From Monocercomonoides exilis PA203 (taxonomy: Eukaryota > Protista > Preaxostyla), in assembly GCA_001643675.2 (NCBI GenBank), contig LSRY02000044.1, positions 757,272 through 821,271 of the forward strand: a DNA stretch of 64,000 nt, written 5' to 3'. Positions 1 to 12,700 of the stretch are shown here, piece by piece (within the stretch, counting starts at the first letter, position 1; each line of letters starts with the position of its first letter). Made by a program: the position numbers and the translations under genes. Under the pieces are notes generated by a model. That model searched no databases. It had not been told where the DNA came from and saw only the letters and a list, made by a program, of their open reading frames with translations.

Positions 1-168
1 TTTTGTGGCAACTTCGGCTTCAGCTTTTGATCCTTGAGGAAGGCGATTATGAATGGAAAAAGCAAGATCAAATTTTTCTAAATCACGGTCAACACGAGGA
101 ACTGGCAAATCGGCCATATTTAATTTTTGAGCGAAATGCGCCAAAACATCTTGAATGATCGCTTCCAT
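1..168 (-). CDS. 5' part of a gene running off the left edge (MEAIIQDVLAHFAQKLNMADLPVPRVDRDLEKFDLAFSIHNRLPQGSKAEAEVATK...); weak resemblance to an arginyl-tRNA synthetase N-terminal domain
   Basis: Manual translation of the minus strand: open from ATG at 168 to the window edge, with protein-like composition. Divergent from the gene starting at 351. The product guess is weak. Confidence 0.4.
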   Translation of the reverse strand, partial: MEAIIQDVLAHFAQKLNMADLPVPRVDRDLEKFDLAFSIHNRLPQGSKAEAEVATK

Positions 169-350
169 GTTTGTACAATAATTCTGTTTCAGCTGTGATA
201 AAAAATTATCGATCAAAAACCCAAACTATGCATTAATGTCAAATAGTTCGAAAACTATTGTTTTCAATGTTGATATGTTAAACTTGAACATGAACAAATT
301 ATTGAATTAAAAATATTGTATTAGGTCATTGATCATTTGTATTATCAAAT

Positions 351-1301
351 ATGGATGAGATAACCACTTATGAAGAAATTGAAAAATTTGAACAGAATAT
401 TGATAGACTGGGGATTGCACAAAAATCTCAAATAGTATTCAATATTTGATTATCAATTCAGCTTATTATATTTTTCATATTGAAAACTTTCGTTGAAATA
501 AGCAGGCTGCTTCAGAGAAACAACGTTTTTCTGGTACGCCAACAGAAACAATGATGAATTTATCAAAAATTGCATGTAACATTTCCATTTTTATATTTTA
601 AAGTTTTAATTACCACAAAATTTTCAGGTTGAAGATCAATCAAAGAAATCAAAAGGAGAAAGTCGTTCATTTCTGAAAACATTAAAGGTAATAATTTTAT
701 ATTTTTCCTTGAAAGTTAACGTTAATAATAAAGGCAAAAGAAGTAGATACATCGCAAGCGAGAATTGAAAGAGAAAAACGAATTGCGAAACAAGCTTCTG
801 ATGAAAAACATTCAGAGGAATCAACAAGGACAGCTGCAATAGGTGAAGCATTTCTAAATGAAATTATGATGTTTATATTAAAGCGTAATCAACTTAATGA
901 AAGGTATTTTGAATAATATTATTTTATTTTTTTTCATTTTTGCAAATGTGTTTTTGAATTTTTAAAAAAGGCAAAAAGCTTTGATTGCAGAAAAGGAAAA
1001 AAAGAAAGAACAGCGATATCAAGAACAACAACGAGAAAAAGAAAGATTAGACTCGGAATATGAAAGAGTTTGCTTATTCATATTGCTTTTCTGATTTTTA
1101 TTTGGCAATCATTTTAACTTTTTTCTTTATTTTCAGTATATGAAAGATTTTTTGTATCCTTCAATAAAGATTCAAAAACAAACTGAGAAAGAACAACCTC
1201 AAAATGATGAAGGATTAAATGAAGAATCAACAGAGAAAAATGAAATGGATGGAGAATTAAAGAATGATCCAAATGGATCGGAAGTTGAAAAAGAGAGATA
1301 A
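351..1301 (+). CDS. Small multi-exon hypothetical coiled-coil protein
   Basis: ATG at 351 (MDEITTYEEIEKFEQNIDRLG). Purine-rich exons alternate with T-rich GT..AG introns. Last exon 1137-1301 reads YMKDFLYPSIK...EVEKER then TAA. Internal exon boundaries are not fully resolved. Confidence 0.55.
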
Positions 1302-2490
1302 GTTTGATGATTCTGCTGAAAAACTTCGTTTGTGATATTTTTTTGTGAAATCAGAAAGTTGTTTTAGTTTTCTTCAATTGAAATTGTTTCAAAGACAATT
1401 AGTTTTAAGTTTTTACAAAACAAATTCAAATTATTGATTATTTTTTTTTTACTTTTAAAAATTTTCAAATAAGATTAATAGTCCATGCTTCAGCTCCTTG
1501 AATTTAAAAATAAAAAATACTTCTGCATTTGTTGCATAATGATAACGTGCAAAATTAAAAACATGAAGAATTTACAATAACAATAAAAGAAAGATTAGAA
1601 AAATGAATATTTTCAATAAAATAGCACAGAGTATTTTTTTTTTGTAACTAAATGAACTAATTCGAAACTCATACGAAACATAACTTAACTTGAAAAGTAA
1701 ATACAAAAGAATTTTTCAAAAATTAAAAGAAAAAACCTAAAAATGCAGAAGTTGCTTCACCAAAATGCAAAATGCTTTGCTGTGTGAGATGGAAAGTGAT
1801 GTGATATGAATATTCTTATTGGAAAGTGTATGTCTTTCAAATTTAAGAGAAATGAATAAAAGGTGAATGATCAAAAGTGGATAAACAAAATAATGAAAGT
1901 GATTTCAAAAAACAGAAATAAAAACTTCAAAGTTGATCTTCAACTTTTGATTTATTTTGAAAATTCAATAGAAAAATGATACACAAAAGGTGAAACCCAT
2001 TTAATCATGCACAAATCGTCAAATTATGACACTCTCATTTCATACGCAAAATCAAAGAAAAAAAAAGAGAGATACGCAAAGAAGGAATGAATATTAAAAC
2101 AGAAAGACGAATGTTAATAACAATTTCTTTTCTAAACGCAAAATTTTGGTTCTTAACAAATAAACATATTTATATAAATAATCAAAATAATAAGAAAAAC
2201 CATCAAAATTAGATAAGCATTTAAAATGAATACAAATACCTCAGCAATAAAATTCAGACATACAAACAACCAAAAACATACATTGATAAACACACGCAAT
2301 TCATTCAATTGATTTGTTGGAAGATAATCAAATACACAAACATTCGCACATTCTTTCTTTGTTTGTTCAAAAAAGATGAATATTTTCTTTCTTCTTTCTT
2401 CTTTCTTCTTCTTCTTTTCTTCTTCTTTTCTTTTTCTTTTTTTCTTTTTTATTTTATTTAATTTTTTATTTTATTTTTTCTTTTCTTTTT

Positions 2491-4264
2491 TTATTCTTTC
2501 TTCCTTTCGATTATTCCCAGTGCCTCGCCTGCATTTCGTATCTCAGAAAAAGAAGGTTCTGTGATTAAGCTCAAAAGCTCAGCTTCATCATCAGATGAGA
2601 AAAGAGAAGAAGAAGAAGAAGAAGAAGAAGAGAAAGAGAGAGAAGGAGAAAGAGAAGGAGAAAATAAAGGAGAAGAAGAGGAAGAAGAAGAATGTGCAGA
2701 AAATGTTGAAGATGTGCTATTTTCAAAAATTTGTATTTTTCTTTCGTTTTTGTTGGACAAATTTGCAAAACAAGCATTTGAAAAAAGAGAAGAAGAATTT
2801 TCAATGGAAGAAGGTTTGTTTGAGAGAAAGAGAGAAGAAGAAGAAGAAGATGATGATGATGATGATGATGATGAAAGAGAAGGAGGAGAAAGAGAAAGAA
2901 GAGGAGTGATGGGTGTTTGAGGAGAAGGAAGAGATGTTTGTGATTGAATGAGAGGAGAAGAATGAATAGAAGAGGAAGAAGAAGGAGAAGAGGAAGGAGA
3001 AAGAGAAGGAGAGGGAGAAAGAAATGATGAAGGTGAAGGAGAAGGAGAAAGTGAAGAAGAAGAAGAAGAAGAAGAAGAAGAAGAAATATCTTTTTGCGTT
3101 GTATTTTGCTTTTTCAGAGAAATAACAAGTTTTTTGTCTCTCATGAAAAGAGAAGCAGAAGAAAGAGAAGGAGAAGGAGAAGGCAAAGAAGAAGAAGATG
3201 GAGAAGGAGAAGGAGAAAGAGAAGAAGAAGATGGAGAAGGAGGTGATGAAAAAGAAAGAGAAGAAGGTGAATTTTGATTGCTTTTTTGTGTTTTGTTTGA
3301 ATTTGAAGTGTTTTTTCTGGCAAAAAGAGAAGTTGTTGAGACAACAGGCTCAGGCGAATAATAAACAGGAGGAACATTCAGAGAAGAAGAAGAGCGAGAA
3401 GAAGAAGGAGAAGAAGGAGAAGGAGAAGGAGAAGGAGAAGAGCGAGAAGATGATGATGAAGTTGCAGAAGAAGATGTAGAAGAGGAAGAGGAAGAGGAAG
3501 ATGTAATATAAGAAGAAGAAGAAGAAGAGGGAGAGGGAGAAAGAGAAGGCAAAGAAATTGCCTTTTGTGATGGAGAAGAAGAGAAAGAAGAAGATGATGA
3601 TGATGAAGGAGAAAGAGAAGGGGTAGGAAAAGGAGAGAGAAAAGGAGAAAAGGAAAGAGAAGAAGGAGAATTAGCTTTGCTTTGTGCAGTTGGTGTTGGA
3701 GAGAGGAAGAAAGGAGAAGAAGAAGAAGAAGGAGGAGGAGGAGGAGGAGGAGGAGAATTCGAAGGAAAAGGATCAACGAACATGTCTTTCTTTATTTCTT
3801 CTTCGTTTTTGCCTTTATTATTATTATTATTATTATTCTTTGTTTCTTTTTCTTTTTCTTTATTCATTTTTTCTTTCTTGTCTTTTTTGTCTTTTCTTTC
3901 TTTCTTTTCTTTTCTTTCTTCTTTTTCGTTTCTTTTCAGCTTTCCAAAAAGACTTTTCTTTTCTTTCGAATTCGATTTTTTGCTGTTTTTTTTCGAAATT
4001 TTCGTTTTTATTTGCTTTTTCAGCGTTTTTTGCTCCATTTTGTGTTTCAAACGAGACAAAGAGAAGCCAAACCGAATGGTTGGCTGAGGAAGAGGAAGAG
4101 AAGAAAGAGAAGAAGAAGAAGAAGAAGATGATGATGATGATGATGATGAAGGAGAAAGAGAAAGAGAAGAGGAAGAAGAACGAGTTATTGAAGAGGATTT
4201 ACATAAATGAGAAGAAGAAGAAGATGATGATGATGATGAAGAGGAGGAGGAGGAGGAAGAAGAA

Positions 4265-4299
<35 letters not shown>

Positions 4300-7200
4300 G
4301 GAAGAAGAAGAAGGAATGAAATGCGAAATGTTTTGTGTGTTTGAAGATGAAGTGAATGGAGAAGGAGAATGTGTTGCTGAAGATGAAGAAAATGATAAAG
4401 AAGAAGAAGAAGAGGAAGAAGAAGAAGAATTTGAAATGGAAGAAGAAAGAGAAAGAGAAGAAGAAGAAGAAGGTTGTTGAAGCATGTTTGTTGATGTTGT
4501 TGGGAGAGGAATGAAAATTTGATTGAAATTTTGATTTCTTCCTTCTTTTTGAGAAGAGCGAAAAGAAGAGGAAAAAGAGGAAGAGATGAAATTCGAAGGG
4601 AAAGAAGAAGAAATCGAATTGTTTGACTCGAATGGAGCGGAAGAATGAGAAGAAGAAGAAGAAGAAGAAGAAAAGGAAGAGAAATCTTTGTTGGGAAGAT
4701 AAGAAACGTATTTTGGATAGAAAGAGAAAGAAATTGGAGCTTCTTCTTGTTTCAAAAATTCTCTTTTTGGATTGAACGAGAAGGAGGAAGCAAACAATGA
4801 AGGAAGATTGGAAGAAGAAGAAGAAGAAAAGGAAGAAGAAGAAGAATGAGAAGAAGAAGAAGATGTTAAAGAAGAAGAATTATGCAAAGCGCCATACACA
4901 AAAGATTCCGGGGAGTTGTTGATGAGGTTGAATCGCATGTTCTTCTTCAAATTCTTTCTGTTTTTGCTTATCAAATTTTTGTTTATTTTTCTGATTTCTT
5001 CGTGTGCAAATGGTGGGACAAGCAAAGAAGAAGCATCCATTCGAAATTGTGTGTTTTTCAAGTCAGAAACATAAAGAGGGGAAAAAGGAGAGGAGAAAGA
5101 GGCTTTGAAAGAGGAAGGGTCAGAGAGAACAAAAGATAAGGGGGAGACAGACGAAGAGAAGGAGAAAGAAGATGAAGAAGAAGAGGATGATGATGAAAAA
5201 GAAGAGGAAGAAGAGGAAGAAGAAGACGATGATGATAAATAAGAAGAAGAAGAAGATTTCCCTTTTGCCTCAAAATCTTCTTGTTCGCTGTCTTCTTTCC
5301 TCTTCCGATGTTTCATTCCTCTTTTTGTGTGTGTTCTGACGATGTCATCGCTGTCATAGTCTGAACGAGGCACAAAAACAGAAAAAAGCTCAAATGGAAT
5401 GATGGCAGTGGAGGATAAATACGGTTTTTCTATTGATTCTTTCTCATCTTCATCATCATCATCTTCTTCTTCTTCTTCTTCTTCGTCCTCTTCATCGTCT
5501 TCATCTTCACCTCCTTCTTCTTTCTCTTTCTCCTCCTCCTCTTCCTCTTCCTCTTCTTCTTCCTCCTCCTCCTCTTCTTCTTCCTCTTCATTTTCTAATT
5601 CCTCTTTCAGTTTCCTTGTCAGATTAGACAGTTTGTGGTGAAAAGAATAGAAAAATGGATCCAAAAGCTTCTCTTTGTTTTCCATCAGAAATTGATAGTA
5701 TGGATGGTATGGAACATCTGCCTTGACCTTCTGAATGGAAGAGGAGGAAGAAGAAGAAGAAACTGAAGAAGAAGGAGAAGAAGATGATGGAGTAGAAGAA
5801 GATGAGGAGGAGGAAGTGGAAGTGGAAGTGGAAGAGGAAGAGGAAGAAGATGATGATGAATTTGTTGAAAGAGAAGAAGATTTTTGATTTTTGCTTGTTT
5901 TTTTATCAGATCCAATTCTATTCTTCTTTTTGTCTGAAATATCTTCTTCTGTTTTGCCTTCTTTTCTTTTTCCTTTCGCTTTTTCTTTTTCTTTTTCTTT
6001 TTCTTTTTCTTTTTCTTCTGCTTCGTTTTCTGCCATTTCTTCTTTCGTTTTCTTTTTGTGTGACGATTTTTTTGTGTTGCTTTTTGAAGAAGATGATGTT
6101 TTTGATTTGCTTTCTTCCTTTTTCATAACATCATCTTTTTCTTCTTTTTCTTCTTCTTTCTCTTCTTTCTCTTCCTTTTCATCCATTTTCTCTTCTTCTT
6201 TCACAGAAATAGCTTCAGTTTCTGTCTTTTTCTTTCCTTCTTCTTCTTCTTCTTCTTCTCTCTTATCAACATTAATCTGCTTAGAAGTTTTCTTCTTTTC
6301 TTTTTTGTGGCATTTCTTTTTATTCACTTTTGAAGAAGAAGAGTTTAATACTTCTGCATCTGAAGACGATGAAGATGATGAAGATGAAGAAGAAGAGGGA
6401 AGAAGAGGAGAGGAGGAAGGCAGAGGAGAAGAAGAAGAAATTTTCTGATCAGAAGTATCAAACCCTTTTCCTTTTGAATCATGTCTCAATTTCAGTTTTA
6501 TTCGAATCACTTTTTTCTCTTTTTCCTTTTCTTTCTCTTCTTCTCCTTCTCCTTTCTCTCTTTCCTTCTTCTCTTTGATTTCTTCTTCCTCATCTTCTCT
6601 ATGCTTTTCAATTTCCATTTCCTTCTCCTTCATCTCCTTCTCCTTCATCTCCCTCTCTGCCTCCCTTCTTTCCCTCCTCTCTCTTCTCTCCCTCCTCCTC
6701 TCCTCCCTCTCTGCCTTCTCCCTCTCCTCCCTCCTCTTCCTCTTCCTCTTCTCCCTCTCCCTCTCTTTCCTCAGCAGCTCATAGAACGACGCCCTCTTCT
6801 TCCTCAAAGAGAACGCCTTGATGACTGTCTGCCTCAGCGTCTCTTTTTCCTCTTCGCTTCGTTCGCCCCCTTTTCTCACTGAAAAATAGCGCGTGCTTCT
6901 TCTCTTTTTGGAAGATGATGATAAATCAGATGGATTTGGTGGTGAAACATAACTGTCTGTTTGGGCCAAGTATTCTTCTGGCTCTTTCTCGTCTTCAACT
7001 CCTCCTTCGCTTTCTTCGGAGTTTTCTCTTTCTTCTTCTCCTTCTCCTCCTCCTCTTCCTTCCTCTTCTTTATCTTCTTCTTTTTGTTCTGTTCTTATTC
7101 TAATTCTTATTCTGATGCTCTTTTTCTTTTCTTCTTTCTCTTTCTCTAGCCGTTCTCTCTTAACTTCTTCGTCTTCATCTTCCTTTCCCATCCTTTCTCT

Positions 7201-8430
7201 TTCGTCCTTCTGCTCCTGTTCAATTCTCCTCCTCTTTCTTCTCAGTCTTCTGAGTCTTCTGTACTCTTCATCTTCCTCTTCTTCTTTCCCTGCCTCGTTT
7301 GTTATGCTGCTCAATTCACTGCTCAAATCCACCCTCCTTCTATCATTTTCATCCTCTTCATCATCATCTTCTTCTTCTTCCTCTTCCTCTTCCTCCTCTT
7401 CCTCTTCCTCCTCCTCTTCATCATCATCATCAGCACTCCCCTCGCTCTCTCCGCCCAGCCCTGTCGTGCGCCTGGCCAGTCTCCGCAGGTACTTCTTGAG
7501 CATCTGCCTTTCCTGCCGCAGACACTGCCGCCGCTTCTGCCGCTCGTCTTTCCGCTTCATCGCAGAGTCAATCACAATTTCTCCGCTCCTCCACCGCTGC
7601 TCCCACTCTTCGCGGAATTCGCTTCCTTTCCCTTTGCAGAAAGGGCACACGTACGACTTCAGCTGCTGGATGACCTCCTTTTTCACATTGAGGCACGCCA
7701 GATGGAACCATTCCTTGCATCTGTCACATTGCACCATCGATACATCATCATAAGGCTTTTCATATTATCGTCATAATTAAAAAAATTTTTAAGCATCAAA
7801 ATTAGCAGGCATTTAATTTCAATAGAAAATGATTAAAAATTAAAAAATTAATATTATAATATTAAAGAAAAGGCAAGACAAAGATTAATGACACACCAGA
7901 TTGCAAACACAAAAAACTTGTCTTCCTTCCAAATCATATTTTTTCAATATTTTAGGAGCAGATGGTGTTTTACTGTCTTTATTTCCAAGATCCGGTTGAC
8001 TAGTATTTGCTTTTGTTACCAACTTTTTATCTGTGTGTTGGCATCTCATTCCGCTTTGAGATCTCTTTCTTTCTTTCTTCATTTTCTGTTCAGCATTAAC
8101 ATTAAACCGTAAGAAGTCCTCTTCTCTGCGTTGATTTATAAGAAATGCTAAACGAGAAGAAATGGAAATGTGAGATGCAGAAACTGATTGTGACGCATTT
8201 GGAAAAGAAAATAATTGACAATTTGACTGCATCTTACCATAAAAACTGGGAAATTGAAACTCATTTCTCATTGCATCTGTAGAAGTTGGATATGATAATT
8301 GGCCTGTAGCTGAACTTGTCGAATTTATTGAGATTAAAATTCTTTTATCAACACTTCTATTGCAGAGTAACATTTCAGGATTGAAAGGCTTCCATGGAAT
8401 AATATGTTTTGCAATTCCGTTCTCTTCTTC
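2491..8430 (-). CDS. PHD-finger protein with very long Glu/Lys/Ser low-complexity region (probable chromatin reader)
   Basis: Splicing out GT-AG intron 7756-7896 joins FCVCNL to PYDDVSMVQCDRCKEWFHLACL...YVCPFC, a complete C4HC3 PHD finger. Exons are 7897-8430 and 2491-7755; further 5' exon(s) are likely near 8520-8772. Confidence 0.85.
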
Positions 8431-9079
8431 CTGCAAATATATGTTTGAAAATTATTGAAAATAAAATAAGAATTATGCAATTTCAAAACATAAGCATCGA
8501 AAAGGAAAATATTAACGAACATTTTTTTTAATTTGTTGATCTTGACAATGAAAAACTTTCAATTTTTCCAAAATTAATTTCTTCTTGGTAAGCTGAAACA
8601 TTCAATGCTTACCAAGATTAAGCACCTTCTGACAAAAACAATAAACAAATAAATGTCAGCTGGTCACAAAAATTAAGGTTACTAACAAAAAAAATATGAA
8701 ACTTAATCAATAATTTTTTTATCAAAATGTTTTTATAAATATTATAACTAATTTTATAAACGTTTTAGACATATTGGAAAGTTCTTGAATCACTCCATTT
8801 TCGTTCATTTTAAAAAAGATTCATAAATCATGAAGAAAAAAATAAGTTATTAGAATATTGAATTTGTTAAACATATCTGAATTAACATAGACGAAATTAA
8901 TCAAAATAAAAACCTCAAAAAAAAAGAAAAATTGGAAAGTTGAACATTTTTTGATAGTTATAACTTTCTTTTCTACTAATTATCTTCAATCACTTTTTTT
9001 TTCTGTATAATTTTTATAAAAATGAAATGATAATTAAATAATAATAATAATAATAATAATAATTAAAATTATAATAATT

Positions 9080-9082
<3 letters not shown>

Positions 9083-9140
<58 letters not shown>
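9083..9140. repeat. (GA)n microsatellite, preceded by an (AAT)n tract
   Basis: Seen directly in the sequence. Confidence 0.95.
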
Positions 9141-9144
<4 letters not shown>

Positions 9145-9774
9145 AAGAATGATCTTTTATTATTTCCATATTTCAATAACGCGATGATATTCACGTGTCA
9201 AATTATATAAATAAAAACAGCTATTTCCATGAGTTTGAATTTCTTTTTTTATAACCCGTTTCTTCGAAATATCGAAGAAGAGTTTCAAATTTTTTCAACA
9301 CAAGTTCCTGTTTTGAAAATATTTATTGAATGTTTTTGTGAAGTGTTTCAACAAAATACATAAAAAGCAAATGAAAACATATACAAGCCTAGCCAACATA
9401 AAGCCATTTAAAAATATTTATGTATCAAAATACAACAACTCGATGAATACATAAAGAGAACATTAAAGAAAACATACAAATATACATACAAACAAACAGG
9501 CACATATTTTTCGAAAAGTGAAATTCAAGCTTTTCACAAAACATCAAAAGAAAATAAAGCATATCAATATACATAAAATTTGAATACATAATAATAATCT
9601 AGATGAAAAACATGTGTGAAAAATGAAAGGAAAATTTTTCTCAATAATCACAAAAAAAAGGATACAGAAAATCAATGGTTTCCAGATGCATTTTAAACCA
9701 TCTCTCTTCAACATGCACTTTCATACAGAAACATTTCATTCGCCTTTCTCATTTTATTTGTCGATCCATAGCAA

Positions 9775-12700
9775 TCAATCATTCCTCAATATTTGTGCCT
9801 CATTCTTTGCTTCTAAAATGATGATCCTTCCGCTTTTGTTGATCGTATATTGGCTCGATCTCAAGGACGTCACATCGATCGCATCTGACATCGTTATCAT
9901 CGCTGTGCCTGCTGGAAAACGCTGAATAAACTCTCTCTTCAGACTTGGCAGCGAGTGTCTTTCTGATGGCTCAGCTGACAGGCATTCCTTCACCACCTCT
10001 TCAAGGCTCGAGTGCTCATCTCCCATCTTCGGCCTCTCCCCACGAACAATCTTGTCTCCTGCAATCGCTGCCTCATACTCCCCAAACGGAATCTCCAGTG
10101 TCAAGCACTCCCACAGCATCATCCCAATCGAGAATGCCACAGACTCCTTCGCTGCCCCCATCTTCTTGTTCATCTGCAGCTCAGGTGCCTTCCACCTCAA
10201 ACACTCTTTTTTGTAATCATCTTCATCCTCAAACGCTGATGAGGGCAGAGAGTCACTATCATCATCATCTTCATCATCATCATCGCTGGCAGATGTCACA
10301 ACAGTTGATGAAGAGATGGATGACGAATCTGAGTCATCATCTGACGAGCAGTCCGAGTGCATCACAATGCAGATCACCATGTGCTCAGAGAACAACACAA
10401 TATGCGGACTCAAATTGGAAAAAGATTGAAGAGGAACTTCCATTTCATCAAACGAGTGGAGTGCCAGATTAGCCACCCAAAACAGGATCTGGGAAGCTAT
10501 TTGTTCCCTCTCTTGAAGAGTGCCAATCGCCATCTCCTTTGTTTTATTCCTTCCATGAAGAAGCATGAACAATGAATCCCTCAGATCCACAATCAACTTT
10601 TCGTGTGGTGATGAGCAGGCCATCGCATCCACCAGATTCGACATCGATGAGGTTGTTGGACTCACATCTTCAATTTGCACAAATGAGGTTTCTGTGCCCG
10701 TGGATGAGAGGGATGGTGATGGGGATCTCTCCCTTGTCTCTTCCTCCTCCTCCTTTTCTAATGCCCAATCAGGAATCTTGTCTGAATCCTTTCCAAGGAT
10801 ATATTCAGTAGATCCACTTTCAGACAATAAATACTCTTCTGACTCCGAATGCACCATTGTCTTCACAAACACTCTCTTCTTTGCATTCTCTTCATTCTTC
10901 TTCTCTTCTCTCCTCCACTGTGCCTCTGGTGACATCTCCATCGTCACCATCTCAAATGCCTTCGGATCCTTCTTGATGTTGTCATTCACAATCTCTCTCA
11001 GATCTTTGTTCTCATTTTTCGCTTTTCTCCATCGAACAATGAATATGATTGACACAACAAAAACAATCAGCAGAATTACAACAAGCACAATGACAATCAA
11101 CAACCAATAAGATTTCCCTTCTTTTCCTCCTTCAACAATCCTTTCATCCCCATTTGTCTTTGCTTCACTTGCATTCTTCAGAATGAATGGATTTGTCGAT
11201 GAAGGAGATTCTGCATTCCCAAACAAAATATGCACACTCACCTCAATTTCATTTTCACAACCACTGATGAGATCTTTTCCCACACTTCCTTCTGCTTCTC
11301 TTTCTGACAAGAATTCATTTGAATCAAAATCATGTTTTTCAATCTCTTTCTCTTCTCCTTTCCTCCTCACAACTGAGAAAGACAGATTGCATGGAACAAG
11401 AAGCATCCCTTTGAATATCAGCTTCATTCTATCTGTCTCTTCCTTAACTTCCACACTCTCCAACACAGGAATGAAGAACGATGAATCTCTCTCTGAAGCA
11501 ATCCCTTCAAAATTGCACCCTTCATTCAACATCCAAAGTGATGTATTTGGTAAAGCTCCATCTCCTCCTTTCAAACTCATCACATTCAATGTTCCAGAAT
11601 TAGAACAGATGATGTTTCTTCTCAATGAGGGATATCCTTCAATTGAGGGATTATTGTTCTCAAATAACCCCATCTCAATATTCACATTTCCTTCGCTCAT
11701 TGTTATTCCTCCTTCTGGTGAATTCGATATTGTTGTATCTTTCATCAAAACAGAACTCTTCACAACATCCACAAGAGATCCATCCCATCTGCACATCTCT
11801 TCTGTATTTGAATTCTTTTCATTTCTTTCCTTTGAACTTCCATCAAAAACGCAACTATCCATTTTCACATCTGTGCAATCCTCCACTTTCATCAATTTCC
11901 CTTTTGAGGTCTTTGAACTTACTCCACCCATTGTGCAATTTGTCAATTGCATCGTCTTTTTCATTGACAGGCAACATATCAATGATTCTTCATTTCCTTC
12001 AGCTGTTATATTTTCTGTGTTGAAATTCTTGATTGTTAATTTTCCACATTCATTAATATCAATCAGAGAAGTTTCTATTGTTGAATTGAATATCTCAAAC
12101 AAATAAATCACTGATGAAAGTGATGATAATAGAGATAATGCAGATTCATGAAGCACAAGATTTGACGCTGTGCATCCATCGAGTTGTAATTCTCCTTTTT
12201 TCATGTTTATAATGTGAAATGGAATGTTTGCTAATTCTATACTTCCTTCTCCAGCCGATTGTTTTGAGTCAAATGAACAATTCACCACTTCAAGAATTCC
12301 TCCTTCGGGTGATATCAGTGATTCATGTGAAGAGATGAAATTCGAATTAAACACAAAACGCACTCTCACCAACGAGACTGTTCCTGTTGTTGAAATCAAA
12401 GAATCCTTTGTTTTTCCAATGTTTGATTTCACTTCAACTTTACACATCTCTCTGCTTTTTGAACTCAAACTCATTTCCTTCAGATTTATCTCTTCTCCAA
12501 TCACACTCTCTTCAACAATGAGAATCTGACTTATCAGCTCCGATGTCAAGTGAATCAGACCCCGTTCAACTGAATCACATGGAAGAGCATTTGCTCCACA
12601 TTGCTTGCCATTCGATCCATTCACACTGCTCACAATGATCGTGTCACTCTGATGAATCGTAATAAATCCAATCAGATTCGTATCGCTTGGGTAATCGCAG

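Noticed and set aside
2376-7753. Numerous antisense and alternate-frame ORFs (poly-Leu, poly-Phe, poly-Ser, poly-Arg) here and over other large genes
   Set aside because: These are shadows of trinucleotide low-complexity coding sequence and stop-poor antisense frames, with no domain signal.
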